Below are positions 53,382 through 64,000 of a stretch of DNA of 64,000 bases, one piece after another. A program made the position numbers and the translations under genes. The stretch spans positions 90,272,001-90,336,000 of the forward strand of contig OZ024745.1 of NCBI GenBank assembly GCA_964016885.1, read 5' to 3'. Numbering within the stretch: the first letter of the stretch is position 1; every line of letters begins with the position of its first letter. The notes beneath the pieces were generated by a model that did not search any database, was not told the origin of the DNA, and saw nothing but the letters and a program-made list of their open reading frames with translations. The stretch comes from Eledone cirrhosa (taxonomy: Eukaryota).

Positions 53382-55519
53382 CATGGCTACAAAAAAGAAT
53401 TTTCACAAGTCACTCCCACTCATTCAGTCTTCTTCTTCCTCAATCGTCACTACAGCAGAGAGAAGATTGTCTCTCTCCCTCCCTTCTCTAAATGTGTCTC
53501 TCTCCCTTCCTTCTCTTTCGCAAGCGACGCCAGTAAAGAAAAATAGTTTCCGATATCACGTGCAAAACATGGAACATTTCTCCACGACGACGACAACGAC
53601 GAAAAAGGTGTGCGGTAAATACGAAAACCCATTTCATTCGTCTGACGTCATGAATAATAGCAGTAGCAGCCGTAATAACAGCAGCAGCAGCAACAGTGAC
53701 AAGGAAAACAACATTAGCAGCCGCAACAGCATCAGCAGCAGCATAAACAACAACAGCATTAGCAGCAACAGCAACAACGACAGCAGCAACAACAACAACC
53801 ACAACAACAGCGGCGGCGGCAGTAGTCGTAGTACCTGCAGCAACAACAAAAGTAACAGCAGCTCTGACGACAACAACAACAACAGCAGCAAAGAAAAACC
53901 AATCTCATTTGCAGGTATCGCAAAGAACCTGGAAACCATCCTCATAACAAATGAGGAATTACAGGAAGCAAAGAAGATGGTGACGAAAACCGGACACCGA
54001 GCAATCTGCAAGGCAGCCGAAAATTTTTTCGAAACCCAACAGCACTGTACGGTCATGTACCGTACAGTAAGCACAAAATCCCGTAGGGTTGAAAGATCCA
54101 GAGGCTCAAATACAAAAAGCCTTAGGGTCTGTGTGGCAGCGGAAAACGCATATCACCCGAGGCAAGAAATATGCCACCGTAGACGTGCTTTTTGCCACAC
54201 CCCAGGAGGCAAAGGCTCAATCCTTAGTGACCCTAAGGAGCGAGGAAATGGTGTTGGTGCCCTCCTACTGCGGGCAAAAAATTGTGAGGGTCAAACTGAC
54301 CCCCCCCCCCCCTGGTATGGCCCCTTCTTGGCTGGCCGCGTCTGTCCTCGTCGGAATCGAGGACAAAACAACTGTACTGCAAGTACAGAAAAAAGTAAGA
54401 GAAGATTGGGTCGGCACCTCCATTGAGATGTTAATCCAAACCAACCAGGAGTGCATCGAAGCTATCCCGGGTGTGATAGACTTCGATAACGGCACTCAAC
54501 TGCCCATAAGTGTTGAGGGCAAACGCCCGAAATGATTTCGCTGTGGATCGAAGACTCACCTCAGGGCCTTCTGCAATGAGAAGACCCTGAGAAAGGAGAA
54601 AACCCCCCTCCTTCCGAAACCGGCTCCACTGCTACCAGCAACAGGACAAGCGGCAACCAGGAAGGATAGGTCCGTGGAACCCTTACCCACGCCACGGAAA
54701 TCAAGAACAGCAGCAGCAGTGGAAGTATTAACAACAACAACAGTAATACCAACTGCAGCCGCAACAGAGACTCCACTGCAAACATCACCAACAACAACAA
54801 GTGAAAGAGTGGAGCTGGTACCCCTCCCCGACCTCACAGAATCAGACATGGAGTGTGAGATGGGAGAGGGATCGCAAAAGGTCGTAAGAAGGCACAAACG
54901 CAGAAGCAGCGCATCGTCGCCTTCGAAAAGGGAGGAAAGAAATGAAAAAAGGGTAAAGGCTACTGCAAAGAGACTCACAGCAGCAACACCACCAACATCA
55001 TCACCACCCACACTAGCACCACTATCACCACCGGCGACAACCCCACCGCCAACAACAACAACACCTTCAATACCACCACCACAAGCACCAACATCGCAAA
55101 CACAACAACAAAACACACAGACCCAGCAACAACGACAAGAAAATAGCAGAACCACACCCCACCCCCAGAAAAACAAATGCACGGCAATAAATACACACAA
55201 CAAGAAACTAATGACTTACATAATTGAACACACAGACATTTCACCACACGACTACATAATACCAGCACCAATCAAAACACCAACGAACATAAGACTGGTA
55301 AGAATAGCACAGAAACAATACGCAAACATTAAAACGAAATTCCCCAACGCAGTTGCTGATTTCAGAGACCTAGGAGGGACTCTCAACCGGAGAGTATATT
55401 CGGACATACTCATAGAAGAGCCGACGACCAGCCGAAGGGACGATTCAACGGTCCCTTCACCAGACGATCAAGTGAAAAGGGATGGAGAAACCATCCTTCC
55501 TCTACGAAAAGTACGGTAA
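53382..55519 (+). pseudogene. Tx1 copy B ORF1, disrupted
   Basis: Asn/Ser-rich N-terminus, ITRGKKYATVDVLF, EGKRPK*FRCGSKTHLRAFC. Confidence 0.8.
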
Positions 55520-55552
55520 GTTGTCTCCCCATCTTTTCCACTCCATTTCAAC

Positions 55553-58500
55553 TTGACCTCACTCAGAATAGGCAGCATAAATGCGCGTGGCTTGGGGTCG
55601 CCATGGAAGCAGGGCCACCTGCTCAACGACCTCAGGTCACTAAACATAGATGTAGTGGCCATCAGCGAGACCAGATTCTCTGAAGCACGGGCCTTCGCAC
55701 CAATCTTCGGCGGCTACGATGTGTACGCATCTCCCAGCCGTCCTGGATCGGGGGGAAGGAGTTGCTGTGCTTTTTCGGAGAGGTTTGGATCTCGCCATAC
55801 GGGCCATCTTCCTGGACCCAGAAGGTAAGTTGATGGTGCTGGACGTGACCAGCGGATACGGGCAAGCTTTCAGGCTAGTGGCCGCCTATGCCCCGACAGG
55901 AGCAGGGCGGCCTGATTTCTTCCGGCGTCTGGAGACCTTTCTTGGAACGTCCCGCTCTTTAGTGTTGTTAGTGGGCGACTGGAGCGGGATCTTAGATGCA
56001 CGCTGGGACTGTGTGGGATTAGCGGATAGGGGAGGAGGGTGCAAGAGCCTCACCAACCTGCTCAGGCGTTTTCAACTGTCTGATAGGTACCGATTGGATT
56101 TCCCGAATGTGCCAATGTGGACTTGGACAAATCGCATAGTGTCATCCAGATCATATCTAGATAGAGTATTTTGTAGGGAAATAGATAGGTCTAGCATAGG
56201 CTGTCCACAATTCAAGATAGTCAGCTACACGGACCACAAATTCGTGATCTGTGTGCTTGACTTAGATAGGCTTCATAGACGAGGACCCGGCTACTGGAAG
56301 CTAAACTCGTCCTTACCAGCGCGCAAAGCCTACAGAGACCGGATTAGCGAACTAGTTAAGCGGGCGTTGACGGGGGCCATCGTCAACAACAAGTGGTGGT
56401 TTGCTCTGAAAAGAGCGATTATAATAGAGTCCATTAGGTTTAGTAAGGCTTTAGCAATAGAGAAAAATAGAGCAGAGGGAGAACTAGTTACAAAATTAGA
56501 CGAGGCGCTTAGCAAAGGCATCGCGACCGACGTACTTGAGGCGAAATTGGCCATTGACCAATTCTTCAATGCAAAGCACGAAGGCTGCGTTGTCAGAGCT
56601 AGGGTGCGTGCTCTCAGACACGAGGGGACGAAAGCCGTTCAATGGGCCCGAGTGGCGGAGGCGCGTCGTGGCAACAAAGCCACGATCCGGTCTTTGGTGG
56701 ACCACGACGGGCGCATGCTACTCGATCCCGGGCAAATGTGTGAAGCTTTTCAGTGACACTTCGCTCAGCTGTTCGGGGGCAGTGGTGGGCCGGGTCGAGG
56801 GATGGACTTTAGTGTCTACCTCGACGGACTGCCGCGGCTCTCGGCCACTGAGGCGGAGTGTTGCGAAAAGCTGAAGTACGGGAGGCAATGACTGGCTGCA
56901 CAAGGGGTAAATCGCCTGGTTTGGATGGTCTGCCCTATGAACTTTACGTACAGATGCCAGACTTGTTCGAAGGCCTCTTGGCGGACGTCTACTGCAACTG
57001 GCAACAGAACGGGAGAAATCCCAGTTCTGTGAGCAGAGGAACGGTGGCACTGCTGAGAAAGGATCCGAACAAGGGGGATAACATAGATAATTTCAGGCTC
57101 ATAACTCTGCTAAACACAGAGTTCAAGATTTTGGCCAAGGTGCTAGCAAAGAGGTTGGCGCTTGTCGTTGGTGGTCTGGTGGGAGAGGCGCAGACATGCG
57201 TCCCGTGCGAACTAGGGTGCCAAAGATCCGTGTCAGCATATGCGGACGATGTCACCGTAGTGGTGTCGAGCGCCAAACACATCGAGGCGATCGGCACTAC
57301 ACTAAGAGAATACGAAGCGGTGACAGGAGCACCTGCAGCTCGGCACCTGGAGAGGCATGTCCATGCCGTCCAACAGCGTCGTCGGACGCTGGACGGACGG
57401 ACCGGTTAAATTGCTAGGCGTCTGGTTCGGTCCGGACCTCCAGACGGACAAAAAATGGGACGAGGTGACGAGCAGGGTGGCTTCTCTCACCCAGAAATGG
57501 GCCGAGATGAAGCTATCCCTGAAAGGTCGAGCGGAGGTGGCTAACGCGTACATCGCGTCTGTCATCTGCTACCTCCTGACCGTCGTACCTTGTCCAAAGC
57601 CCTGCCTGACTGCGCTGGAGCGTTTGCTCTTTCGCTTTTTGTGGAAGGGACGCGTTCCGATGGTCAGGCGGTCCATCTGTTGTCAACACCCGCTACGTCG
57701 TGGAGGGCTGAGCATGCCGTAGCTGATGATGTGCAGACACGCGCTCAGGCTACGACATCTCCCCCTCTTCCTCGACCGTAATCAGGTGTGGTCGCCGTGT
57801 GCTAGACGCGTATTTCCCCAGCTCGTTTCCTTGACGGAGCTGCAGTCCTGGGTCAAGAGAAGACCGAGAGGGAGCGCCTGGAGACTGGAATGTCTTCAGG
57901 CGCTCACAGCCCTCGACTAATCGGGCAATGTGATCGGTGGAAACTCCACCTCGGCGTTCTATAGAGGATTAGTGGAGGGGAAGAGCGACGACGTACTTGG
58001 GGAAACTCTAGGCGTCGACGAAAATCAACTAGCCAATCTCTTCGGAAGAACTTTCGGGCCGGGGCCTATGGACAACTTCCAGAAATCTCTGGCCTGGCAG
58101 TGCTACCGAGGAGCCTTGCCAGTTCGGGATAAACTCTACAGGCATGGAGGTGCCGTCAGCCGGGCATGTCCGAGATGCGCGCAGGGCGACGAAACCGTCC
58201 TGCACGCACTCGTCCAGTGTCCGAAAATTGCTGACTTGTGGGTTTATGTCGAACACCTGCTGTCGCGTGTAGGACGGATCCGGCTATCTTCTGAGTCCAT
58301 CGTGAGGATTGCCCCGCCCTCTTCCTTTAGCCGGGAAGGGCAGGCAGTTTTTATCTGTCTGGTGGCCATGGCGAAAGAGATAGTATGGTGGACACGTTTG
58401 AAAGGGCTGAAGACGAGCACTTACCTCTTCGGTGATGCCATGATTGACTTTTTCAAATTTCATTTGAAAAGGAAAATCAGAGTAGAGAGGGAAGTGCTCT

Positions 58501-58583
58501 CTTCCCAGTATTTTGTTGAAAGATGGGTGAGAGAAGCAAGAATGGCCCGAGTGAATGGGCCTACTCTGAGTATATATCTGTAA
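55553..58583 (+). pseudogene. Tx1 copy B ORF2, disrupted
   Basis: INARGL, YLDRVF, TDH, KSPGLDG, SAYADD, CPRC..HALVQC. Confidence 0.92.
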
Positions 58584-58842
58584 ATTAAATGTGGAAAACT
58601 GGGAGAGGGCACTTGCCTTGGTGGTCAGGGTCATTGTGGCTTTTTACTGGGCTTTCTCCACAAATGTCCCTCCGAAGTCTCCCCCCTATTGGGGAATTTT
58701 TCATTGTTATTTTCATTGTTATTTTTGTTACATCCTCTGTTTTTGTTTTTTACACGCAGAAATGCCCATTTGTACCGTCCTGCATTGTCCTGCACTGTCC
58801 TTAATGTCTACTTTATGTAAACCCTTGTGGTTAATAAAGAAA

Positions 58843-58893
<51 letters not shown>

Positions 58894-58894
<1 letters not shown>

Positions 58895-59634
58895 TGTTCT
58901 TTGAGTCTCAGTCATTGATGTTAGTTAACTGGAAAGTTTGTTGAAACGAATAGCAAGGCACTACCTGCACCCTCAGATATTCAGGACGTATCGGAGGGTT
59001 CTTGCTGTTCCCAGCAAGCATGCCTTTTGAAGTGTTCCAAAAAGCGGGGCTGGACCAATTTTCTTTAACCATCCTTGGAAATCTTTGAGATAGTACCTAG
59101 TGCGCCTATGACAATCGGGACCACTTTGACTTCATGGCAGTTTCAAATCTTTTTTACCTCCCACTTCAAGTCCTGGTATCGGTTAATTTTCTCCCTCTCC
59201 TTCTCTTGCACTCTCGTGTCGAATGGGCAGGCTACATCCACAATCAGGCACGATATTTTTCCCTTGTCCAAAATCACCAGGTCAGGTCTATTGTGCTCCA
59301 GTTTCTTGTCCGTCTGTATCCTAAAATCCCACAGCACCTTCACCTGATCGTTTTCCATCACCGACTCTGGCTTATGCTCATACCACTTCTCAGAATGTGG
59401 TAAATTGTTTACTTTGCATAGGTGCCAGTGGATCACCTTTATAGTGAGTCTGAGCTAGGTGTTTACACTCGGATACAATGTGGGCCACAGTCTCCTCGCT
59501 CTCTCCACAGATCTTACAGAGTGGGCTAGCCTCCTCCTTGTAAATATGGTGTTTCAGCCACTTCGTTTTGAGGCCCTGCTCTTGCGCAGCCATTAGCATT
59601 CCTTCTGTAACCTTTTTAAGGTCTCCTCTTTTCA

Positions 59635-59635
<1 letters not shown>
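58894..59635 (-). mobile_element. R4/Dong-like REL-endonuclease LINE, 5'-truncated, (TAA)n tail
   Basis: CKICGESEETVAHIVSEC and KVLWDFRIQTD...NRPDLVILDK...IVDVACP...EKINRYQDL; (TAA)n on both sides. Confidence 0.88.
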
Positions 59636-59676
<41 letters not shown>

Positions 59677-59678
<2 letters not shown>

Positions 59679-59770
59679 ACGCACAAAGCCCACATCGTAC
59701 CGTCCTGTACCGTCCTGTGCCGTCTGTAATGTTTTTCTTGATGTCAGCCCTTGTGGCCAATAAAGAAATC
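59677..59770 (+). mobile_element. About 95-bp 3' stub of the Tx1 family in (ATT)n
   Basis: Aligns to 58752-58844; ends CCCTTGTGGCCAATAAAGAAATC. Confidence 0.85.
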
Positions 59771-59785
59771 ACTATTATTATTATT

Positions 59786-62700
59786 GGTGGTGAAGCCACG
59801 CTTCTTATCGCTTCCAGTTTTTTCAACGTTTTACCTCGTTTTCAACCGTTCTAAACCTTTTATTCAAGTTTTAAATTTGATAAAAGTTTAGAAGAAGTGA
59901 CCCACCTAATTCAGGGGTTCACTCGTAAATAATAAGGCACCCCTTTACGGGGTGTCGTATTCGTATTTGTGTAAAAATATTTTTTTGAAAAAATTTCAAC
60001 ATGGATAACACAAGAAACAGAGAGAGCGCTGTCAGGCAACACAGAGAGAGGGAGACTTTATCAACATGTCAACAAGACAGCGTTCCAGCGGAGGTAAATA
60101 TAAACGAAAATATTACAAAAGAAAAGGAGATTGTTACAGATTTAAAATTAACAAATATTTCTAACACAAATAACACCAACAATAACACCAACAACAACAA
60201 CAAACCAACAACAACACCATCAATAACAACAGCAACAACAAAAATAACAGCGGTAAAGTCGAGAACGACAATAACAAAATTAACAGCGGTAAGGACGAGA
60301 ACGACAATAACAATGATAATAACAACAGCCACAACAACAATAATAGTAGGAACAGTATCAACAAAAACAACAATAATAACAACAGCCACAATAATAGTAA
60401 CAACAGCAACAGTATCAACGAAAACAACAACAACAACACCAACAACTGTACCAACGAAAACAACAACAATGACATCGATACCTGTAATAGCGACCTCAGC
60501 ACCACCAGTAAGACCAGTAGCGGCAGCAATAGTGGTGCTGCTGAAAAAGGGACCACTTCTTTTGCAGGTGTCACAGAGGAGGAGATGGCAGTCGCAAGGG
60601 CCACGGTGACAAGAAGCGCCAATAGAGTCTCCCTGAAACCTCCACCCGATTTTTTCAAGGACCAGCAGCTACGGACGGTGACTTACCGTACCGTAAGCAA
60701 AATCTCACACCGGGTGGACAGAGCCACGGAGGCTCAAATCCAAAAACCTTGGGGTGCGTCCGGGCACGTAATACCTACATCACCCGAGGCAGAAAGTACG
60801 CCACAGTAGACATACTTTTTGCCAATCCCCAGGAAGCAAAGTCTCACACTTTGGAAACCCTAAAGAGTGAGGAGATAGTCTTGGTGCCCTCCTACTGCGG
60901 GCAGAAAATTGTGAGGGTCAAAGTGACCCAGGTGCCACCCGATGTGCCCATACCTTGGCTGGCCGCGTCTGTCCTTGCTGGAATCGAGAACAGGACGACT
61001 ATGCTGCAAGTAGAAAAAATAGGGAGAGAGAACTGGTCAGGTATAGGCATGCAAATGCTTATACAAACTGACCAGGGATGTATTGACGCTAGCCCCGATA
61101 TCATAGACATCGAGGAAGGACTCCAACTCCCTATAAGTGTAGAAGGAAGACGGCCAAAATGTTATCTCTGTGGGTCAAGGGTCACCTCAAGGCTTTTTTC
61201 CCGCAGAAGACAGCGAAGGAGAAGGCCCCTCTCCTTCCAATACCTGGTCCGCCGCTAACAAGAGCAGGGAGGCAACAAACGCAGAAGCCCCTTCCACAGT
61301 GAGTAGGAGGGCAACGTTCGTAGCACCCGTACCAAGGCCACAGACAACTAAAGCACAATCATCAGTGGCGGCAATACCAATAGCTACATTTGAAGTAGCT
61401 ACACCAGCTACAAAATTGCCGAAGAGGGCTCCACTACCACCACCAACAGCCGTGGAGCACATACCGCTCCCAGACGCCACAGAATCCGGCATGGAGTTTG
61501 AGTCGGGAGTGAAGTGGCAAACGGTGTGCCACAAAAAAAAAAAAAAAAAAAAAACCCTTAGATTCACCCTCCAAAAGCGAAGGCATACAAAGAGGGGTAA
61601 ACGCAGCAAGGAAACTTGCAGCAACACCACCACCATCACCACCCCAACCAGCATCACCAAAAACACCAACAACGCAAACACAACAAGACACACACACAAA
61701 TAGCAGCAAGAAGAAAACACCAAAAAGTACACAGCCATAAACATGGCAAAAAAAGAACTCATACAATATATAAAGCAGCACACAGACATCACAGAAAAAA
61801 ACTACTACACCCCACCAACACCAAGAACTCTCCCGACAAACATAAGCATCATCGAAATCTCAATAGCACAGTACAAACCTTTAAAACAAAAATTCCCCAA
61901 CGCAGTTGGAGACTTCAGAGGGTCGGTTACCAAGAGGATATACACCGACATCCTCTTGGAAACACCCATGACCAGCGAAAGGGACGGTTCTACTTCACCA
62001 CACGATCAAGGTAGGTGATCCTTTCTCACTTGCCCCGTTTCTCATCCAACATGGCCGTACTCAGAACAGGCAGTATAAATGCACGTGGCCTGGGGTCATC
62101 TTGGAAGCAGGGTAACCTGCTCAACGACCTCAGGTCACTAAACATAGATGTGGTGGCCATCAGTGAAACCAGAATCTCCGAAGCACAAGTCTTCGCACCG
62201 ATCTTCGGCGGCTACGATGTATACGCATCTCCCAGCCGTCCAGGATCGGGGGGAGGGGTTGCCGTCCTTTTTCGGAGAGGCTTGGATCTCGCCATACGGG
62301 CCATCTTCCTAGACCCAGAATAGTATAAGTTGTCCACAATTTAAAATAGTCGACTACACAGACCACAAATTTGTGATCTGTGAAATCGACATAGACAGAC
62401 TTCATAGACAAGGGCCTGGTTACTGGAAGCTGAACGCGTCTTTCCCTGCGCGCAAAGCTTACAGAGATCGGATTAGCGTATTAGTTAAACGGGCGTTGGC
62501 GGGAGCGGTTGTCAACAACAGGTGGTGTTTCGCCCTGAAAAGGGCAATTAAAGTAGAGTCGATTATGTTTTGCAAAGGAGTAGTGTTAGAGGAAAATAGA
62601 GTAGAGGGAGAGCTAGTCAAAAAGCTAGACGAGGCGTTTAGGACAGGCATCGCAACCGACGTGCTTACGGCGAGATTGGCACTCGACCAATTCTTCAACG

Positions 62701-63163
62701 CAAAACACGAAGGCTACGTTGTCAGAGCTAGAGCGCGTGCTCTGAAACACGAGGGGACAAAAGCCGTCCAATGGGCTAACCCTAACCCTAACCCTAACCC
62801 TAACCCTATCCTGGGCGTCGAAGAAGATCAGCTGTTTGCCCTCTTCCGGAGAACTTTCAATCCGGGACCTATGGATAACTTCCAAAAATCCCTGGCCTGG
62901 CAGTGCTACCGGGGAGGGCTGCCGGTTTGAGATAAGCTCTACAGGCACGGAAGTGCCGCCAGCCGAGCCTGTCCGAGATGCGCGCAGAGCGACGAAACCG
63001 TCTTGCACGCACTCGTTCAGTTCCCGAGCATTGCTGACTTGTGGAGCTATGTCGAACAGTTGCTGTCGCGTGTAGGACTGATCCGGTTGTCGACTGAGTC
63101 CATTATGCAGAAGGTCTCGCCGTCTTCCTTCGAGGAGGAAGGGCAAGCGGTTTTCATCTGCCT
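59786..63163 (+). mobile_element. L1/Tx1-clade LINE copy C with two internal deletions, 3' end lost
   Basis: ORF1 about 60001-62018, ORF2 from 62051; deletion junctions near 62321 and 62776. Confidence 0.9.
62776..62808. repeat. Interstitial telomeric tract (CCCTAA) x 5.5
   Basis: CTAACCCTAACCCTAACCCTAACCCTAACCCTA, perfect, absent from copies A and B. Confidence 0.92.
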
Positions 63164-63176
63164 TTAAAAAAAAAAA

Positions 63177-64000
63177 ATGAAAGAATTGATAAGATTTGAA
63201 TACATTCGGAGAGTAAGGAGCGTATTAAAGTCACATCTGAACAGTAGGAATGCCATAAGTGCAGTAAGTTCCCGAGCTGTGTCTATTATTAGGTACAGTG
63301 CGGGAATTCTGAGATGGAATGTTGCTGAACAAAAAGAAATGGTAGGAAGACTAGGAAGCTATTGACTATCTACAACATGTTCCACAAGAGGAGTGATGTC
63401 GATAGATTCTACTTAAGGAGATCTGAAGGTGGAAGAGGTCTTATCAGCATAGAGGACTGTGTTCAGATGGAGAAAAACAACCTACACAAATACGTGTCTG
63501 ATAGTAAGGAGCCAATGCTCAGAATTGTACTGAAGGAGAGGATAATAGACCAGGGGATGTCCAAGGAGGAAATAACAACAAGGAGAAAGAGCAGCCTTCA
63601 TGAAAAATCCCTTCATAGTACCTTCTTTGAGAAAACTGAATTCAGAGATCCACAGACATGGAAATGGTTGAAAAGAGGAGACCTTAAAAGGGCTACAGAA
63701 GAAATGCTAATGGCTGCGCAAAAGCAGGCCCTCAAAACGAAGTGTCTGAAACACCATATTTACAAGGAGGAGGCTAGCCCACTGTGCAGGATCTGTGGAG
63801 AGAGCGAGGAGACTGTGGCCCACATTGTATCCGAGTGTAAACACCTAGCCCAGACTCACTATAAAGGCTGGAGACATGATGTGATGGGTAGGGTGATCCA
63901 CTGGCACCTATGCAAAGTAAACAATTTACCACATTCTGAGAAGTGGTATGAGCATAAGCCAGAGTCGGTGATAGAAAACGATCAGGTGAAGGGGCTGTGG
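63177..64000 (+). mobile_element. R4/Dong-like LINE, second copy, runs off the window
   Basis: IIRYSAGILRW, RFYLRRSEGGRGL, CRICGESEETVAHIVSEC, RHD; highly similar to 58894-59635. Confidence 0.88.

Larger units (their letters stand above)
53178..58844 (+). mobile_element. L1/Tx1-clade LINE copy B in (ATT)n, internal RT deletion near 57199
   Basis: Colinear with copy A; ends CCCTTGTGGTTAATAAAGAAATC. Confidence 0.93.

Overview
This is AT-rich, repeat-saturated animal DNA with no supportable host gene. The SINEs and microsatellites look like an octopus or other coleoid cephalopod (inference, not searched). Roughly 1-40 kb holds about nine Penelope-like (RT + GIY-YIG) retroelement pieces, mostly next to (TA)n tracts. 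One of them has an uninterrupted 558-codon ORF. Their terminal repeats carry about 15 recognisable type I hammerhead ribozyme motifs. Several of these have a stem II extended to 35-125 nt, and several sit in fold-back elements. At 27.7-34.8 kb, a 43-bp satellite of about 158 copies lies inside a TTAA-flanked piggyBac-like non-autonomous element and appears derived from its terminus. At 42-64 kb there is a cluster of decayed L1/Tx1 LINEs inserted in (ATT)n in one register, interleaved with R4/Dong-type REL-endonuclease LINEs. In the last Tx1 copy, a short (CCCTAA)n telomeric tract replaces the RT domain in frame. tRNA-derived SINEs, mariner/Tc1 MITEs and RTE fragments are scattered throughout. 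All structures were read by eye and coordinates may be off by a few bases.
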